A stretch of 46,029 nt of DNA. Origin: a virus. The stretch is from UHGV virus genome UHGV-0229940; one strand, given 5' to 3'. The position numbers were made by a program, and so were the translations under genes. The notes under the pieces are model-generated. The model was not told the origin of the DNA and did no database searches. It was given only the letters and a program-made list of their open reading frames with translations. Below, piece after piece: positions 8,717 to 14,532 of this stretch. Each line of letters starts with the position of its first letter. The first letter of the stretch is position 1.

Positions 8717-10132
8717 ATGAGCGAGTTATTTAAACATGCGCACCTTCATGCAGGTCGAACTGAAAATGGTGCTGTAAACCATACTTCATCAATGTCTGCT
8801 CTGGTAGACTTCTACAAAGCCGCTGGCTCAAGCCGTAGCAATGTAGAAATCTTACCAGACCTGTTCTACAAAGCTTTGCGTGAGGATGTTGATGTTGCAG
8901 TTCGTATTTTACTGCATATGCGAGATGTACGAGAAGGTATGGGTGAGCGTAAAGCTTTCCGAACTGTTTTACTTCAAGCACTTGAAGACAAGGTTTTAGA
9001 GCCTACGCAGGTTCTTCGCATTATGGATAAGATTGCAGAACTTGGTCGTTTTGATGACTTCAAAATCTTCGTAGGTACTCGTTTCGAGACAGATGCCTTC
9101 AAACACCTAGAAGCAGCATTACTAGAACCTGCAACAGCAGGTTTGGCGGCTAAGTGGTTACCACGAGTCAAACCACGTCATAAGCAGTTTGTAAAACGTT
9201 TCTGCAAGTTTGCCAACTTGAGTGAGAAAGAGTACCGCACACTGTTGTCTGCACTATCTGATACAGTTGAGCAAAAAATCTCTGCTAATGAGTTTGGTAA
9301 GATTGACTACAGTAAGATTCCTTCACTTGCTGCTGCACGTTACCAAAAACTGTTTAACCGCAAAGATGGAGAACGCTACAAAGCTTACATCGAGTCCTTA
9401 TCAAAGGGTGAGACTAAGATTAATGCTGGTGCTGTTTACCCATACGATGTAATTAAATCTGTTAAGCATGGTAATGCAGATGTTGCTAATGAGCAGTGGA
9501 AAGCACTACCAAACTGGATGGCAGATGGTGAAAACATCTTGTGTATGTCTGATGTTTCAAGCTCAATGTCTTGGGTGAATTTTGGTTCAATTACTGCTCT
9601 TGATATTGGTGTTTCACTTGCATTGTATGTAGCAGAACGCAATACAGGTTGCTTCAAGGATGAGTTAATGGTTTATTCAACAAACCCTCACTTCATCGAA
9701 CTGAGTGGTGATTTACGAAACCGTCATCGTCAGGTGATGCGACATGTTGAATATGGCTCAACTAACTTACAAGCAGCTTTTGACCGCATTCTTGAGGTAG
9801 GTAAGAGAAACAACTTGACTCAGAAAGACATGCCAAGTAAGCTTATCATCTTCTCAGATATGGAGTTCAATCAGGTTGATGGAGCTAACGGTCGTACAAA
9901 CTTTGAAGCAATTCAGAGTAAGTACAAAAAAGCTGGGTACGAAATGCCTCAACTGGTATTCTGGTACTTAGCAAACCGTAATGGTACTTGCGAAGTGTCT
10001 GTTAAGGATAACGGTGTAGCAATGGTATCTGGTTTTTCTCCAGCTACTTTAAAAGCTCTGCTTGGTGGTGAGAAGTTTGACCCAATCAGTGTAATGCTCA
10101 AAGCAGTAATGATTGACCGTTACATCTGGTAA
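8717..10132 (+). CDS. von Willebrand factor A (vWA) domain protein with MIDAS motif; Ro60/TROVE-like two-part architecture is a hypothesis
   Basis: 471 aa; DxSxS MIDAS motif in ILCMSDVSSSMSW about residue 275; about 270 aa N-terminal region upstream of the vWA fold. Confidence 0.8.
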   Translation: MSELFKHAHLHAGRTENGAVNHTSSMSALVDFYKAAGSSRSNVEILPDLFYKALREDVDVAVRILLHMRDVREGMGERKAFRTVLLQALEDKVLEPTQVLRIMDKIAELGRFDDFKIFVGTRFETDAFKHLEAALLEPATAGLAAKWLPRVKPRHKQFVKRFCKFANLSEKEYRTLLSALSDTVEQKISANEFGKIDYSKIPSLAAARYQKLFNRKDGERYKAYIESLSKGETKINAGAVYPYDVIKSVKHGNADVANEQWKALPNWMADGENILCMSDVSSSMSWVNFGSITALDIGVSLALYVAERNTGCFKDELMVYSTNPHFIELSGDLRNRHRQVMRHVEYGSTNLQAAFDRILEVGKRNNLTQKDMPSKLIIFSDMEFNQVDGANGRTNFEAIQSKYKKAGYEMPQLVFWYLANRNGTCEVSVKDNGVAMVSGFSPATLKALLGGEKFDPISVMLKAVMIDRYIW

Positions 10133-10150
10133 AAAGTTTTAAAAAGGGTA

Positions 10151-10179
10151 TTGACAATGTGTTTGATACCCTTTAATAT
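10151..10179 (+). promoter_or_regulatory. sigma70-like promoter (TTGACA, 17 nt spacer, TAATAT) overlapping inverted repeat GGGTAT/ATACCC
   Basis: Consensus -35 at 10151-10156 and -10 at 10174-10179; lies upstream of the first tRNA. Confidence 0.55.
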
Positions 10180-10241
10180 GTTCTACATAGAAACGAAATG
10201 AGAGCTTTTCTAAGATACTGAAAAATATTTTAAAAAAGTTC

Positions 10242-10270
10242 TTGACAACCACTAAAAAATAATGTTAAAG
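10242..10270 (+). promoter_or_regulatory. second promoter-like TTGACA box followed by inverted repeat AACCACT/AGTGGTT
   Basis: TTGACA at 10242-10247; weak -10 candidates; 7 bp inverted repeat spanning the -10 region. Confidence 0.3.
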
Positions 10271-10297
10271 TGGTTACATAGAGTTTGAAAAGTTTAT

Positions 10298-10374
10298 CTC
10301 TGTTTAGCTCAGCTTGGTAGAGCGTTCCGTTTGGGGCGGTAAGGCCGGAGGTTCAAGTCCTCCAACAGAGACCA
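10298..10374 (+). tRNA. tRNA-Pro (anticodon TGG)
   Basis: Manual cloverleaf: acceptor CTCTGTT/AACAGAG, T-arm GGAGG-TTCAAGT-CCTCC, anticodon loop TTTGGGG, CCA encoded. Confidence 0.7.
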
Positions 10375-10381
10375 AATTAAT

Positions 10382-10456
10382 GTTCCAGTAGACAAAATGG
10401 TAAAGTCACCACTCTTTCAAAGTGGATATCTGAGGGTTCAAATCCCTTCTGGAACG
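10382..10456 (+). tRNA. tRNA-Glu (anticodon TTC)
   Basis: Acceptor GTTCCAG/CTGGAAC, anticodon stem CCACT/AGTGG, loop CTTTCAA. Confidence 0.7.
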
Positions 10457-10466
10457 CAAGTTTTGA

Positions 10467-10540
10467 CAGAAGACCAATTACAGCAAACTTAATCTACTCA
10501 TCTGACACGAAATCGGACAAAGAAGATATTTGGTCTGGTC
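10467..10540 (+). ncRNA. inter-tRNA structured spacer element, copy 1 (5' box CAGAAGACC-NNN-TACAGCAA, 3' box GGTCTGG; AGACCAAT pairs with ATTTGGTCT)
   Basis: Conserved boxes with a complementary flank whose sequence differs between copies while pairing is kept. Confidence 0.5.
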
Positions 10541-10549
10541 ATTGAGAAT

Positions 10550-10626
10550 TGCGGGTATAGAGAAAGGGCGTCTCACATGTCTCATTAGCATGGTATCGGC
10601 AGGTTCGACTCCTGCACCCGCCTCCA
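10550..10626 (+). tRNA. tRNA-Met (anticodon CAT); position 1:72 is a T:C mismatch
   Basis: T-arm GCAGG-TTCGACT-CCTGC, acceptor 3' ACCCGCC, anticodon loop CTCATTA, CCA encoded. Confidence 0.6.
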
Positions 10627-10632
10627 ATTTTG

Positions 10633-10694
10633 CAGAAGACCGTATTCAGCAACAAAATACTTTTTGCGGATAAAAGAAAAAACACGGTCTGGCA
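10633..10694 (+). ncRNA. inter-tRNA structured spacer element, copy 2 (AGACCGT pairs with ACGGTCT)
   Basis: Same CAGAAGACC ... CAGCAA 5' box and GGTCTGG 3' box as copy 1, with compensatory change in the pairing flank. Confidence 0.5.
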
Positions 10695-10703
10695 ATGTAT
10701 TAA

Positions 10704-10780
10704 GGTTAGGAAGCACATAAGGTATGTGCGGTCGCCTGTTAAGCGAATGGCACAGGGTTCGAATCCCTGACTAACCGCCA
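10704..10780 (+). tRNA. tRNA-Asn (anticodon GTT)
   Basis: T-arm CAGGG-TTCGAAT-CCCTG, anticodon loop CTGTTAA, CCA encoded. Confidence 0.7.
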
Positions 10781-10788
10781 AATTAAAT

Positions 10789-10876
10789 GTGTCGTTATCC
10801 CGTAGATGGTAGCGGTGGGGACTGTAAATCCCTTGTCATTGAGACTCGGTAGGTTCGACTCCTACACGGCACACCA
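10789..10876 (+). tRNA. tRNA-Tyr (anticodon GTA), long variable arm
   Basis: 88 nt; anticodon stem GGGGA/TCCCT, loop CTGTAAA; T-arm GTAGG-TTCGACT-CCTAC. Confidence 0.7.
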
Positions 10877-10881
10877 ATAAA

Positions 10882-10958
10882 GGCTATGTAGTTTAACTGG
10901 AGAAAATACTCCCCTGTCACGGGAGATGATGTGAGTTCAAGTCTCATCGTAGCCGCCA
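10882..10958 (+). tRNA. tRNA-Asp (anticodon GTC)
   Basis: Anticodon stem CTCCC/GGGAG, loop CTGTCAC; acceptor GGCTATG/CGTAGCC. Confidence 0.7.
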
Positions 10959-11019
10959 ATTTTGAGAGGGCTATTTAGCCCCTCCCTTAAAGAGTTCTTA
11001 CGAGTATTCTTTAAAGGAG

Positions 11020-11095
11020 CAGAAGACCAAATACAGCAAGAATGTATGAAATTTCAAGCCAATTTAATTTTGAAAATTTAAAACTTGGTCTGGCT
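11020..11095 (+). ncRNA. inter-tRNA structured spacer element, copy 3 (AGACCAA pairs with TTGGTCT)
   Basis: Conserved 5' and 3' boxes with covarying complementary flank. Confidence 0.5.
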
Positions 11096-11106
11096 CAACA
11101 AATTTA

Positions 11107-11238
11107 CAGAAGACCGTTTACAGCAAAACTTAAACAATCTATTTCTCCGGTAAAGAAAAGGCGAAGGTTCGATTCCTTCACTCGGCAGATGTCGAGTTGG
11201 TGTAATGGTAGCACTTAAGATGATAAACAACGGTCTGG
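11107..11238 (+). ncRNA. inter-tRNA structured spacer element, copy 4 (AGACCGTT pairs with AACGGTCT), enclosing a permuted tRNA-like segment
   Basis: Same boxes as copies 1-3; internal segment 11139-11214 has tRNA anticodon-arm, T-arm and acceptor-3' features followed by acceptor-5' and D-arm features. Confidence 0.45.
11139..11214 (+). pseudogene. permuted or fragmentary tRNA-like sequence (3' two-thirds precedes a complementary 5' acceptor and D-arm)
   Basis: Anticodon-like stem TTTCT/AGAAA, T-arm GAAGG-TTCGATT-CCTTC, acceptor-3' ACTCGGC, then GTCGAGT (pairs with ACTCGGC) and D-arm GTGTAATGGTAGCAC. Confidence 0.35.
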
Positions 11239-11241
11239 TAA

Positions 11242-11257
11242 TTATCTTTGTAGATAA
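11242..11257. repeat. palindromic hairpin TTATCT-TTGT-AGATAA (left copy)
   Basis: Exact reverse complement of the copy at 11366-11381. Confidence 0.6.
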
Positions 11258-11365
11258 GTTATTAAGCTTACCTGTGAGTATGCGACCACAAAGGGTGAAA
11301 GGGTAAATTCTAGATTTAAACCCAAAAAGGCACATCGCTACAGACCTTAAGCAAGTCTGGGTAGC

Positions 11366-11381
11366 TTATCTACAAAGATAA
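11366..11381. repeat. palindromic hairpin TTATCT-ACAA-AGATAA (right copy, inverted relative to 11242-11257)
   Basis: The two copies bracket a 108 bp segment. Confidence 0.6.
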
Positions 11382-11387
11382 TTTAAT

Positions 11388-11463
11388 GGAAGTGTAGCAG
11401 AATGGTGATGCGGCAGACTTTTAATCTGACAGGCGATGGGTTCGAATCCCTCCACTTCTACCA
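11388..11463 (+). tRNA. tRNA-Lys (anticodon TTT)
   Basis: Anticodon stem CAGA/TCTG, loop CTTTTAA; acceptor GGAAGTG/CACTTCT; CCA encoded. Confidence 0.6.
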
Positions 11464-11467
11464 ATAT

Positions 11468-11544
11468 GGTTCAGTCGCAGATAAGGTAATGCAAGGGTCT
11501 CATAAGCCCTATGAATGTGGGTTCGATTCCCATCTGAACCTCCA
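11468..11544 (+). tRNA. tRNA with CAT anticodon (Met, initiator or Ile-lysidine type; GGG/CCC run in anticodon stem)
   Basis: Perfect acceptor GGTTCAG/CTGAACC, anticodon loop CTCATAA, T-arm GTGGG-TTCGATT-CCCAT. Confidence 0.7.
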
Positions 11545-11545
11545 A

Positions 11546-11621
11546 GCTGGTATAGTTAAGAAGGTTATAACACTCCCCTGATAAGGGAACATCGGTGGTT
11601 CGATTCCACCTACCAGTACCA
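11546..11621 (+). tRNA. tRNA-Ile (anticodon GAT)
   Basis: Anticodon loop CTGATAA; T-arm GGTGG-TTCGATT-CCACC. Confidence 0.65.
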
Positions 11622-11636
11622 ATTTCAATAAAGTTG

Positions 11637-11665
11637 TTGACATTGAGATGTGACTACTTTATAGT
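11637..11665 (+). promoter_or_regulatory. strong sigma70-like promoter inside the tRNA array (TTGACA, 17 nt spacer, TATAGT)
   Basis: -35 at 11637-11642, -10 at 11660-11665. Confidence 0.6.
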
Positions 11666-11868
11666 AACCTTAGTTTTCGTTGCGTAGCGTCTATTTTGCA
11701 AATTTAAAATAAATGCAAACGACAATGTTTTTCTGGCAGTAGCTTGATAGGCTAAACACCAGTGAGGTCTTCCAATCCCTCATCAAAGAATTTGGCGTAC
11801 TAGCCCACGGTATGATTAATAAGGTGGGCATCTTTAAGGGCTTTCTAAGAGAGTCTTTAAAGATTAAT
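11666..11868 (+). ncRNA. about 200 nt promoter-proximal non-tRNA spacer; candidate small stable RNA
   Basis: No ORF and no tRNA fold found; contains stem GCCCAC/GTGGGC (about 11789-11814); downstream of the promoter at 11637. Confidence 0.3.
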
Positions 11869-11945
11869 GCACCCTTAGTTCAATTGGATAGAGCAACGGT
11901 CTTCTAAATCGTTAGTTACAGGTTCGAATCCTGTAGGGTGTGCCA
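11869..11945 (+). tRNA. tRNA-Arg (anticodon TCT)
   Basis: D-arm GTTC-AATTGGATA-GAGC, anticodon stem ACGGT/ATCGT, loop CTTCTAA. Confidence 0.7.
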
Positions 11946-12087
11946 ATTAGTTAGCAGATTACTTAGACGACCTAAGCGGGTCTTCCTGTAGGGAGGTGGT
12001 CTGTATCTCATGTTTTCCAGAACATGTAAATAATCTGAGAAGGGGCTTTACAGTGTTGAGATAATACGGTAAGCTTCGAATTATAAT

Positions 12088-12170
12088 ATGGGACGATGTT
12101 AAGACTCTAAGGCATGAGCAACGGCCTCCAAAACCGTTTCAAAGGGGTTCAACTCCTCCGTCCCATGCCA
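12088..12170 (+). tRNA. tRNA-Trp-like (anticodon CCA) with about 7 extra nucleotides between acceptor and D-arm
   Basis: Perfect acceptor ATGGGAC/GTCCCAT, anticodon stem ACGG/CCGT, loop CTCCAAA; total about 80 nt without CCA. Confidence 0.5.
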
Positions 12171-12183
12171 AAGTCTTATTAGG

Positions 12184-12271
12184 GGTAGGTAGCGGCTAAT
12201 GGTAGCCAAACTGTCTTGAAAACAGTTGCCACTGTAGAGATACGGTGAGGGTTCGACTCCTTTACTTACCG
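12184..12271 (+). tRNA. tRNA-Ser (anticodon TGA), long variable arm
   Basis: Anticodon stem ACTGT/ACAGT, loop CTTGAAA; 88 nt. Confidence 0.7.
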
Positions 12272-12429
12272 CCTAATAAGGTTTAAAGCCAAGCTTCATT
12301 CGGATGTTGCTTTGGTATCCCTCGTGTATTGTCGTACAAGCACAGTAAAGCACCTAGTAGGTGTCACGGAGAAGAGATAATATCAAGCTCTCCAAAGGTT
12401 CTAGTCACCGGATTAAACAAGACTATGCA

Positions 12430-12451
12430 AAGACCTTTTTAGGTCTTTTTA
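12430..12451 (+). terminator. terminator-like hairpin inside the tRNA array (AAGACC-TTTTTA-GGTCTT then T-run)
   Basis: 6 bp perfect stem followed by TTTTT. Confidence 0.4.
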
Positions 12452-12529
12452 GAGGGCTTCTAAGGTTATTACAGCTTGTTGTGGAACCTTGTTGCTTAGG
12501 TTCTTAGAAGTTCTCTAAAAAGATTTAAT

Positions 12530-12607
12530 GGGAGATTGACGGTAATTGGTAAACCTACCATCCTTAGAAGTTGGTGTTTGAGGGTTCGAATCCCTTGTCT
12601 CCTACCA
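12530..12607 (+). tRNA. tRNA with anticodon TAG (Leu decoding) but short variable arm
   Basis: Acceptor GGGAGAT/GTCTCCT, T-arm GAGGG-TTCGAAT-CCCTT, anticodon loop CTTAGAA; 78 nt. Confidence 0.5.
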
Positions 12608-12614
12608 AATTAAT

Positions 12615-12690
12615 GCAGGTGTAGCAAAATGGTTATGCGGCTGACTCTTAATCAGTAAGACGATGGGTTCAATTCCCTCCACCTGTACCA
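12615..12690 (+). tRNA. tRNA-Lys (anticodon CTT)
   Basis: Anticodon stem GCTGA/TCAGT, loop CTCTTAA; paralogous to the Lys-TTT gene. Confidence 0.6.
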
Positions 12691-12696
12691 GACATT

Positions 12697-12772
12697 GGGG
12701 ATGTAGTTTACATGGTTAAAACATAAGTTTTGCAAACTTAAGTACAGGGTTCAATTCCCTGCTTCTCCACCA
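12697..12772 (+). tRNA. tRNA-Ala (anticodon TGC) with G3:U70 identity pair
   Basis: Anticodon stem TAAGT/ACTTA, loop TTTGCAA; G at position 3 opposite T at position 70. Confidence 0.7.
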
Positions 12773-12778
12773 ATTAGT

Positions 12779-12853
12779 GCATCCATAGTTTAAACGGGAA
12801 AATTACAGTCTTCCAAACTGAGGTTGAGGGTTCGATTCCCTCTGGATGCTCCA
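12779..12853 (+). tRNA. tRNA-Gly (anticodon TCC)
   Basis: Perfect acceptor GCATCCA/TGGATGC, anticodon loop CTTCCAA. Confidence 0.7.
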
Positions 12854-12860
12854 AATTAAT

Positions 12861-12937
12861 GCTGCTTTCGTATAATTGGCTATTACACATCCCTTGTAAG
12901 GATGGAAATGCGGGTTCGAGTCCTGTGAGCAGCACCA
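12861..12937 (+). tRNA. tRNA-Thr (anticodon TGT)
   Basis: Anticodon stem CATCC/GGATG, loop CTTGTAA. Confidence 0.7.
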
Positions 12938-13032
12938 ATTCAGAGGTCAAGTGAAAGACCGCTGGTGTCAACTGAAGACCGTAACAAATTCCACGGAGTT
13001 GAGTTAGCGGCACAACTTCAGACCTCTTTCAC

Positions 13033-13107
13033 ACTCGCTTAGTTTATATGGTAAAACATCACCCTTACAAGATGAAGAAAAAGGTTCAAGTCCTTTAGTG
13101 AGTACCA
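13033..13107 (+). tRNA. tRNA-Val (anticodon TAC)
   Basis: T-arm AAAGG-TTCAAGT-CCTTT, anticodon loop CTTACAA. Confidence 0.6.
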
Positions 13108-13108
13108 T

Positions 13109-13186
13109 GTTCCAGTATCCCAATTGGCAGAGGATGCAAGCTCAAACCTTGTATTAGTGACGGTTCGAATCCGTCTTGGAACACCA
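13109..13186 (+). tRNA. tRNA with anticodon CAA (Leu decoding) but short variable arm
   Basis: Acceptor GTTCCAG/TTGGAAC, T-arm GACGG-TTCGAAT-CCGTC, anticodon loop CTCAAAC. Confidence 0.5.
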
Positions 13187-13191
13187 ATTTT

Positions 13192-13267
13192 GCAGGATTA
13201 GTTCAAATGGATAGAGCAACAGTCTACGAAGCTGTTAATAGGGGTTCGAATCCCTTATCCTGCGCCA
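13192..13267 (+). tRNA. tRNA-Arg (anticodon ACG)
   Basis: Perfect acceptor GCAGGAT/ATCCTGC, anticodon loop CTACGAA. Confidence 0.7.
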
Positions 13268-13284
13268 GATAAAAAGGTGATACT

Positions 13285-13527
13285 ATGCAAACATTAACAG
13301 TAGTTGAACATGAAAACTGTGAGAATATTGAGTTTGTCAGGGTCATTGGTGTTGAACACCACATTTTCTTAAAAGTAGGGTACTTATGTGACCCCGCTAG
13401 AGTAGAAAGATTTATACGTGATTGTTTTGGTGGTAGACAGCTAAAGAGTGTTATTTTTGAGACAGTTTTACCAGAAGGTTTAGAAACGAATAATAACATT
13501 TATCTCCTTACAAGGATTAGACGATGA
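13285..13527 (+). CDS. hypothetical protein encoded inside the tRNA array
   Basis: 80 aa ORF with SD AAAGGTGA upstream. Confidence 0.5.
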   Translation: MQTLTVVEHENCENIEFVRVIGVEHHIFLKVGYLCDPARVERFIRDCFGGRQLKSVIFETVLPEGLETNNNIYLLTRIRR

Positions 13528-14081
13528 GATATTTAAAATATGCTTCATGGATTTTCCTAGCTTTGCTAGAACCATTAGCAGCAACCTTAGCAGTTATCTT
13601 AGCACCTTTCGTAGTTCCATTTTACAGTGAGAAGAAAGGCCACTTACCTTTCGGATTTAGATGGATGGAGACATATGACAACCCAATTGATGGTGACGAA
13701 GGTCATATCGAACGATGGGCTAAGATTAGAAAGATTGGTAAGCTGGGTGTCTACATGCAGAGAGTCGGATGGCTCTGGAGAAACAAAGCTTATAACTTCT
13801 CTTACCATGTATTAGGAAGAGATGTAAAAGATGTTACTAAGTGGAAAGGTAATATCAACGTAAGTTCTGACCCTGAAGATAATCAGACAGGTTATCTCCT
13901 AATGTGGAACAGTAATGCTTGGGGATTATTCGCTTTTATCCCATCAATTAAAGTCTTTGGTAAACAGTTTTACTGGAGAATTTATATTGGATGGAAACTA
14001 AAAAGTGTTGTCCCAGAAGAAAGAGCATTCTCAAGGGAAAGAGTTATGTTGGCATTCTTTATTCATCCACTGAGAAAGTAA
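13524..14081 (+). CDS. hypothetical membrane-anchored protein encoded inside the tRNA array
   Basis: 185 aa; N-terminal hydrophobic segment ASWIFLALLEPLAATLAVILAPFVVPF; 4 nt overlap with the upstream ORF. Confidence 0.6.
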   Translation: MRYLKYASWIFLALLEPLAATLAVILAPFVVPFYSEKKGHLPFGFRWMETYDNPIDGDEGHIERWAKIRKIGKLGVYMQRVGWLWRNKAYNFSYHVLGRDVKDVTKWKGNINVSSDPEDNQTGYLLMWNSNAWGLFAFIPSIKVFGKQFYWRIYIGWKLKSVVPEERAFSRERVMLAFFIHPLRK

Positions 14082-14089
14082 AGATTTAA

Positions 14090-14165
14090 AGGGGATTAGT
14101 TTACAAGGTTAAAACCTCGGTCTTTGAAATCGAAGAAGTTGGTTCAATTCCAACATCCCCCGCCA
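14090..14165 (+). tRNA. tRNA-Gln (anticodon TTG), weak 1:72 pair
   Basis: D-stem GTTT/AAAC, anticodon stem TCGGT/ATCGA, loop CTTTGAA. Confidence 0.65.
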
Positions 14166-14167
14166 AT

Positions 14168-14246
14168 GCTCCATTACTCCAATTGGCAGAGAGGCCAGAC
14201 TTAAAATCTGTGTTATGTATCGGTTCGAATCCGATATGGAGTACCA
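14168..14246 (+). tRNA. tRNA with anticodon TAA (Leu decoding) but short variable arm
   Basis: Acceptor GCTCCAT/ATGGAGT, T-arm ATCGG-TTCGAAT-CCGAT, anticodon loop CTTAAAA. Confidence 0.5.
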
Positions 14247-14251
14247 AATTT

Positions 14252-14327
14252 AGCGGTATAGCATAACTGGCAATGCAACAGTCTCTGAAGCTGTCCTATT
14301 AAGGTTCAAATCCTTATGCCGCTGCCA
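14252..14327 (+). tRNA. tRNA-Gln (anticodon CTG)
   Basis: Anticodon stem ACAGT/GCTGT, loop CTCTGAA. Confidence 0.6.
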
Positions 14328-14358
14328 CTTCTAAGGGTTCTTACGAGAGTCCTTAAAT

Positions 14359-14434
14359 GTGGCCTTATCATAAATGGTAATGACCCATGCTGTGAACATG
14401 GTCTATACGGGTTCAAATCCCGTAGGTCACCCCA
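14359..14434 (+). tRNA. tRNA-His (anticodon GTG)
   Basis: Anticodon stem CCATG/CATGG, loop CTGTGAA; T-arm ACGGG-TTCAAAT-CCCGT. Confidence 0.7.
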
Positions 14435-14439
14435 ATTTA

Positions 14440-14516
14440 TAGTCCAAGTAGCTTATATGGTTAAAGCGCGTGTCTGAAAAACATGAGAAGAGGGTTCAAA
14501 TCCCACTGGACTACCA
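14440..14516 (+). tRNA. tRNA-Phe (anticodon GAA)
   Basis: Perfect acceptor TAGTCCA/TGGACTA, anticodon loop CTGAAAA. Confidence 0.65.
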
Positions 14517-14532
14517 ATTTCAAAGGTGCTTA

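Noticed and set aside
8730-9657. Antisense ORFs inside the vWA gene (8730-8981, 8974-9171, 9222-9452, 9436-9657)
   Set aside because: Embedded in or opposite a well-supported 471 aa gene with a MIDAS motif.
10539-13499. Minus-strand ORFs overlapping tRNA genes (10539-10781, 11078-11335, 12774-13013, 13224-13499)
   Set aside because: They run antisense through several tRNA genes and spacers; their translations are tRNA-complement artefacts.
14470-14532. N-terminal extension of ORF 14470-15267
   Set aside because: The extension would be translated through the His and Phe tRNA genes; start moved to Met at 14533.
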